Source: Cyanophora paradoxa CCMP329 (Eukaryota; Plantae; Glaucophyta). From it: 64,000 nt of DNA. The notes beneath the pieces are model-generated. The model searched no databases. It was not told the DNA's origin and saw nothing but the letters and a program-made list of their open reading frames with translations. This document shows, one piece after another, positions 62,601-64,000 of the stretch (positions within the stretch are counted from its first letter, which is position 1; every line of letters starts with the position of its first letter). Position numbers and translations under genes: made by a program. The stretch spans positions 88,033-152,032 of the forward strand of contig QPMI01000222.1 of the NCBI GenBank assembly GCA_004431415.1. The letters run 5' to 3'.

Positions 62601-63578
62601 GCGGCGGACGACGGCGCTGGCGGCGGAGAACGCAGGCCTGCAGGCGCGCCTCGCGCAGGCGGCGGAGGAACAGCAGCGGCGGACGACGGCGCTGGCGGCG
62701 GAGAATGCAGGCCTACAGGCGCGCCTCGCGGAGGCGGCGGAGCAGCAGCAGCGGATGACGGCGCTGGCGGCGGAGAATGCAGGCCTGCAGGCGCGCCTCG
62801 CGGAGGCGGCGGAGCAGCAGCAGCGGATGACGGCGCTGGCGGCGGAGAATGCAGGCCTGCAGGCGCGCCTCGCGGAGGCGGCGGAGCAGCAGCAGCGGAT
62901 GACGGCGCTGGCGGCGGAGAATGCAGGCCTGCAGGCGCGCCTCGCGGAGGCGGCGGAGCAGCAGCAGCGGGCGGCGGCGCTGGAGGCGGAGAACGCAAGC
63001 CTGCAGGCGCGCCTCGCGCAGGCAGTGGAGGGGCAGCAGCGGCGGGCGGCGGCGCTGGAGGCGGAGAAAGCTTCTCTCTCCGATCGGCTGTCGCTCTACG
63101 AGGGCGGGGCGGGGCTCGCCAACCGGCAGTGGGGCGAGGCGGAGCTGGAAGAGGCGGGCGGGCGGCTGAAGGCGGCAGCGCAGCGGGTGGAGGAACTGCG
63201 GATCGAGGCTCGGGCCCGGCCGCTGCCCTCGCTGAGAAGCGGGTCGCTGTACTTGCCGAGGAACGGGCGGCGGCCCTTGTTGAGGAGCGGGTCAAGCGGA
63301 GGCGCCTCGAAGGTCCCTCCACGTTCGAGTGTCCAGTAAGCCCGGCTCCCTCTGGTAACCCGGAGCTCGCATGCATATGCAGTTGACTGCAGGGCCGGCT
63401 CCGCGCGCAGATCTGCTGCGAGGAGCGGGACCCGAAGGAGCGGCGCCTCCTTACAAATTGTGGACACGTTTTCTGTGCAGCATGCGTTCCTAGGCTCATC
63501 GAGTGCCCCACGTGCCGCAAGCCGCGTTTGCTTCCTCGCCGTGCCCCTGTCAAGGATGTCTCCCCTATCTTTGACTGA
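59615..63578 (+). pseudogene. 3xSAM-like, coiled-coil repeat, RING-HC gene with apparent disruptions
   Basis: Three SAM-like cassettes ~590 bp apart (KWTVEDVANWL 59822; QWSVSDVANWL 60399; QWDACDVGNWL 60999), each followed by ...I(D/N)GG|intron...L.(D/E)LGVG.K. Then 25-aa coiled-coil repeats and a spliced RING FECP|ICCE...NCGHVFCAAC...ECPTCR ending TGA at 63578. Disruptions: 4-nt insertion 60447-60450, TAG at 62206, 62281 and 62356, frame change ~63215. Confidence 0.7.
61852..63068 (+). repeat. Coding minisatellite, ~72-78-bp unit (AALAAENAGLQARLAQAAEEQQRR), about 15 copies
   Basis: GCGCTGGCGGCGGAGAA[C/T]GCAGGCCTGCAGGCGCGCCTCGC... recurs with ~75-bp period; variant subtypes occur in adjacent blocks. 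Confidence 0.95.
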
Positions 63579-64000
63579 CGTTATTTGTAAAAATTGCACT
63601 GTGACATGTACAAGTACGTATATACTGCTGCTGCGCGTAATCCTTAAGCATTAATAAATAATATTAATGGCCAGTATCTATCTATTCGGAGGGGGACGGC
63701 GTTCCGCCGTCTTGTGTGCAGTCTGCCCTCCCCTATCTAATTTTATAAGCAACCGTTGAACCGTTGAACCGGGGATCCGAAGTACCGAAGTACTGCCCCA
63801 GTATGATCGGCCTGGCAGTGTACGTACCGTATGCGTACCCGAAATATATTGCAATTGCAATTGATCGTGATCATGCCACTCAGTGACTGGGCCATTTGCA
63901 TTTCCATGACTCTCATAGAGTCATAGAGTGATATCGATCATGCCATATGCATGATGATCATGATATCGATGATCGTGACTCAGTGATCTTGCACTTGATG

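Noticed and set aside
61505-63553. Arg-rich (+) and Pro-rich (-) long ORFs over the minisatellite
   Set aside because: Alternate frames of the coiled-coil repeat.
1-64000. tRNA, rRNA or snRNA genes
   Set aside because: None recognised by eye; tRNAscan-SE or Infernal would be needed to exclude them.

Overview
This is GC-rich, intron-dense eukaryotic nuclear DNA from a flagellated organism. Typical introns are 55-110 nt with G[T/C]GCGC-like donors and (G)CAG acceptors. The style is consistent with a GC-rich alga or protist such as a glaucophyte, but that is inference only. The ORF track is mostly shadow ORFs; the real genes appear only after manual splicing. In order: (1) a TM-CHASE-TM sensor on the minus strand, running off the left edge; (2) a decayed repeat region with a Helitron-like end; (3) a SatP/GPR1-FUN34-YaaH transporter (-); (4) a START-like, Pro-rich protein (+); (5) an ~11 kb gene for a tandem TIR-TIR, TM, coiled-coil, divergent propeller, FN3 protein (-) that resembles bacterial TIR-WD40 proteins and is the best candidate for an undescribed receptor; (6) an EF-hand-like, Pro/Ala-rich protein (+); (7) a RING, coiled-coil, MATH-like protein (-), head-to-head with (8) a complete 26-exon, 4467-aa beta-type outer-arm dynein heavy chain (+); (9) an acyltransferase-3 (+); (10) a large low-complexity protein (-); (11) a disrupted 3xSAM, coiled-coil repeat, RING gene (+). 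Two window-wide oddities stand out: frequent GC-AG introns, and non-coding DNA full of nested short palindromes, with paralogous copies showing x-RC(x)-x micro-insertions. All gene models were spliced by eye, with no alignment or HMM run.
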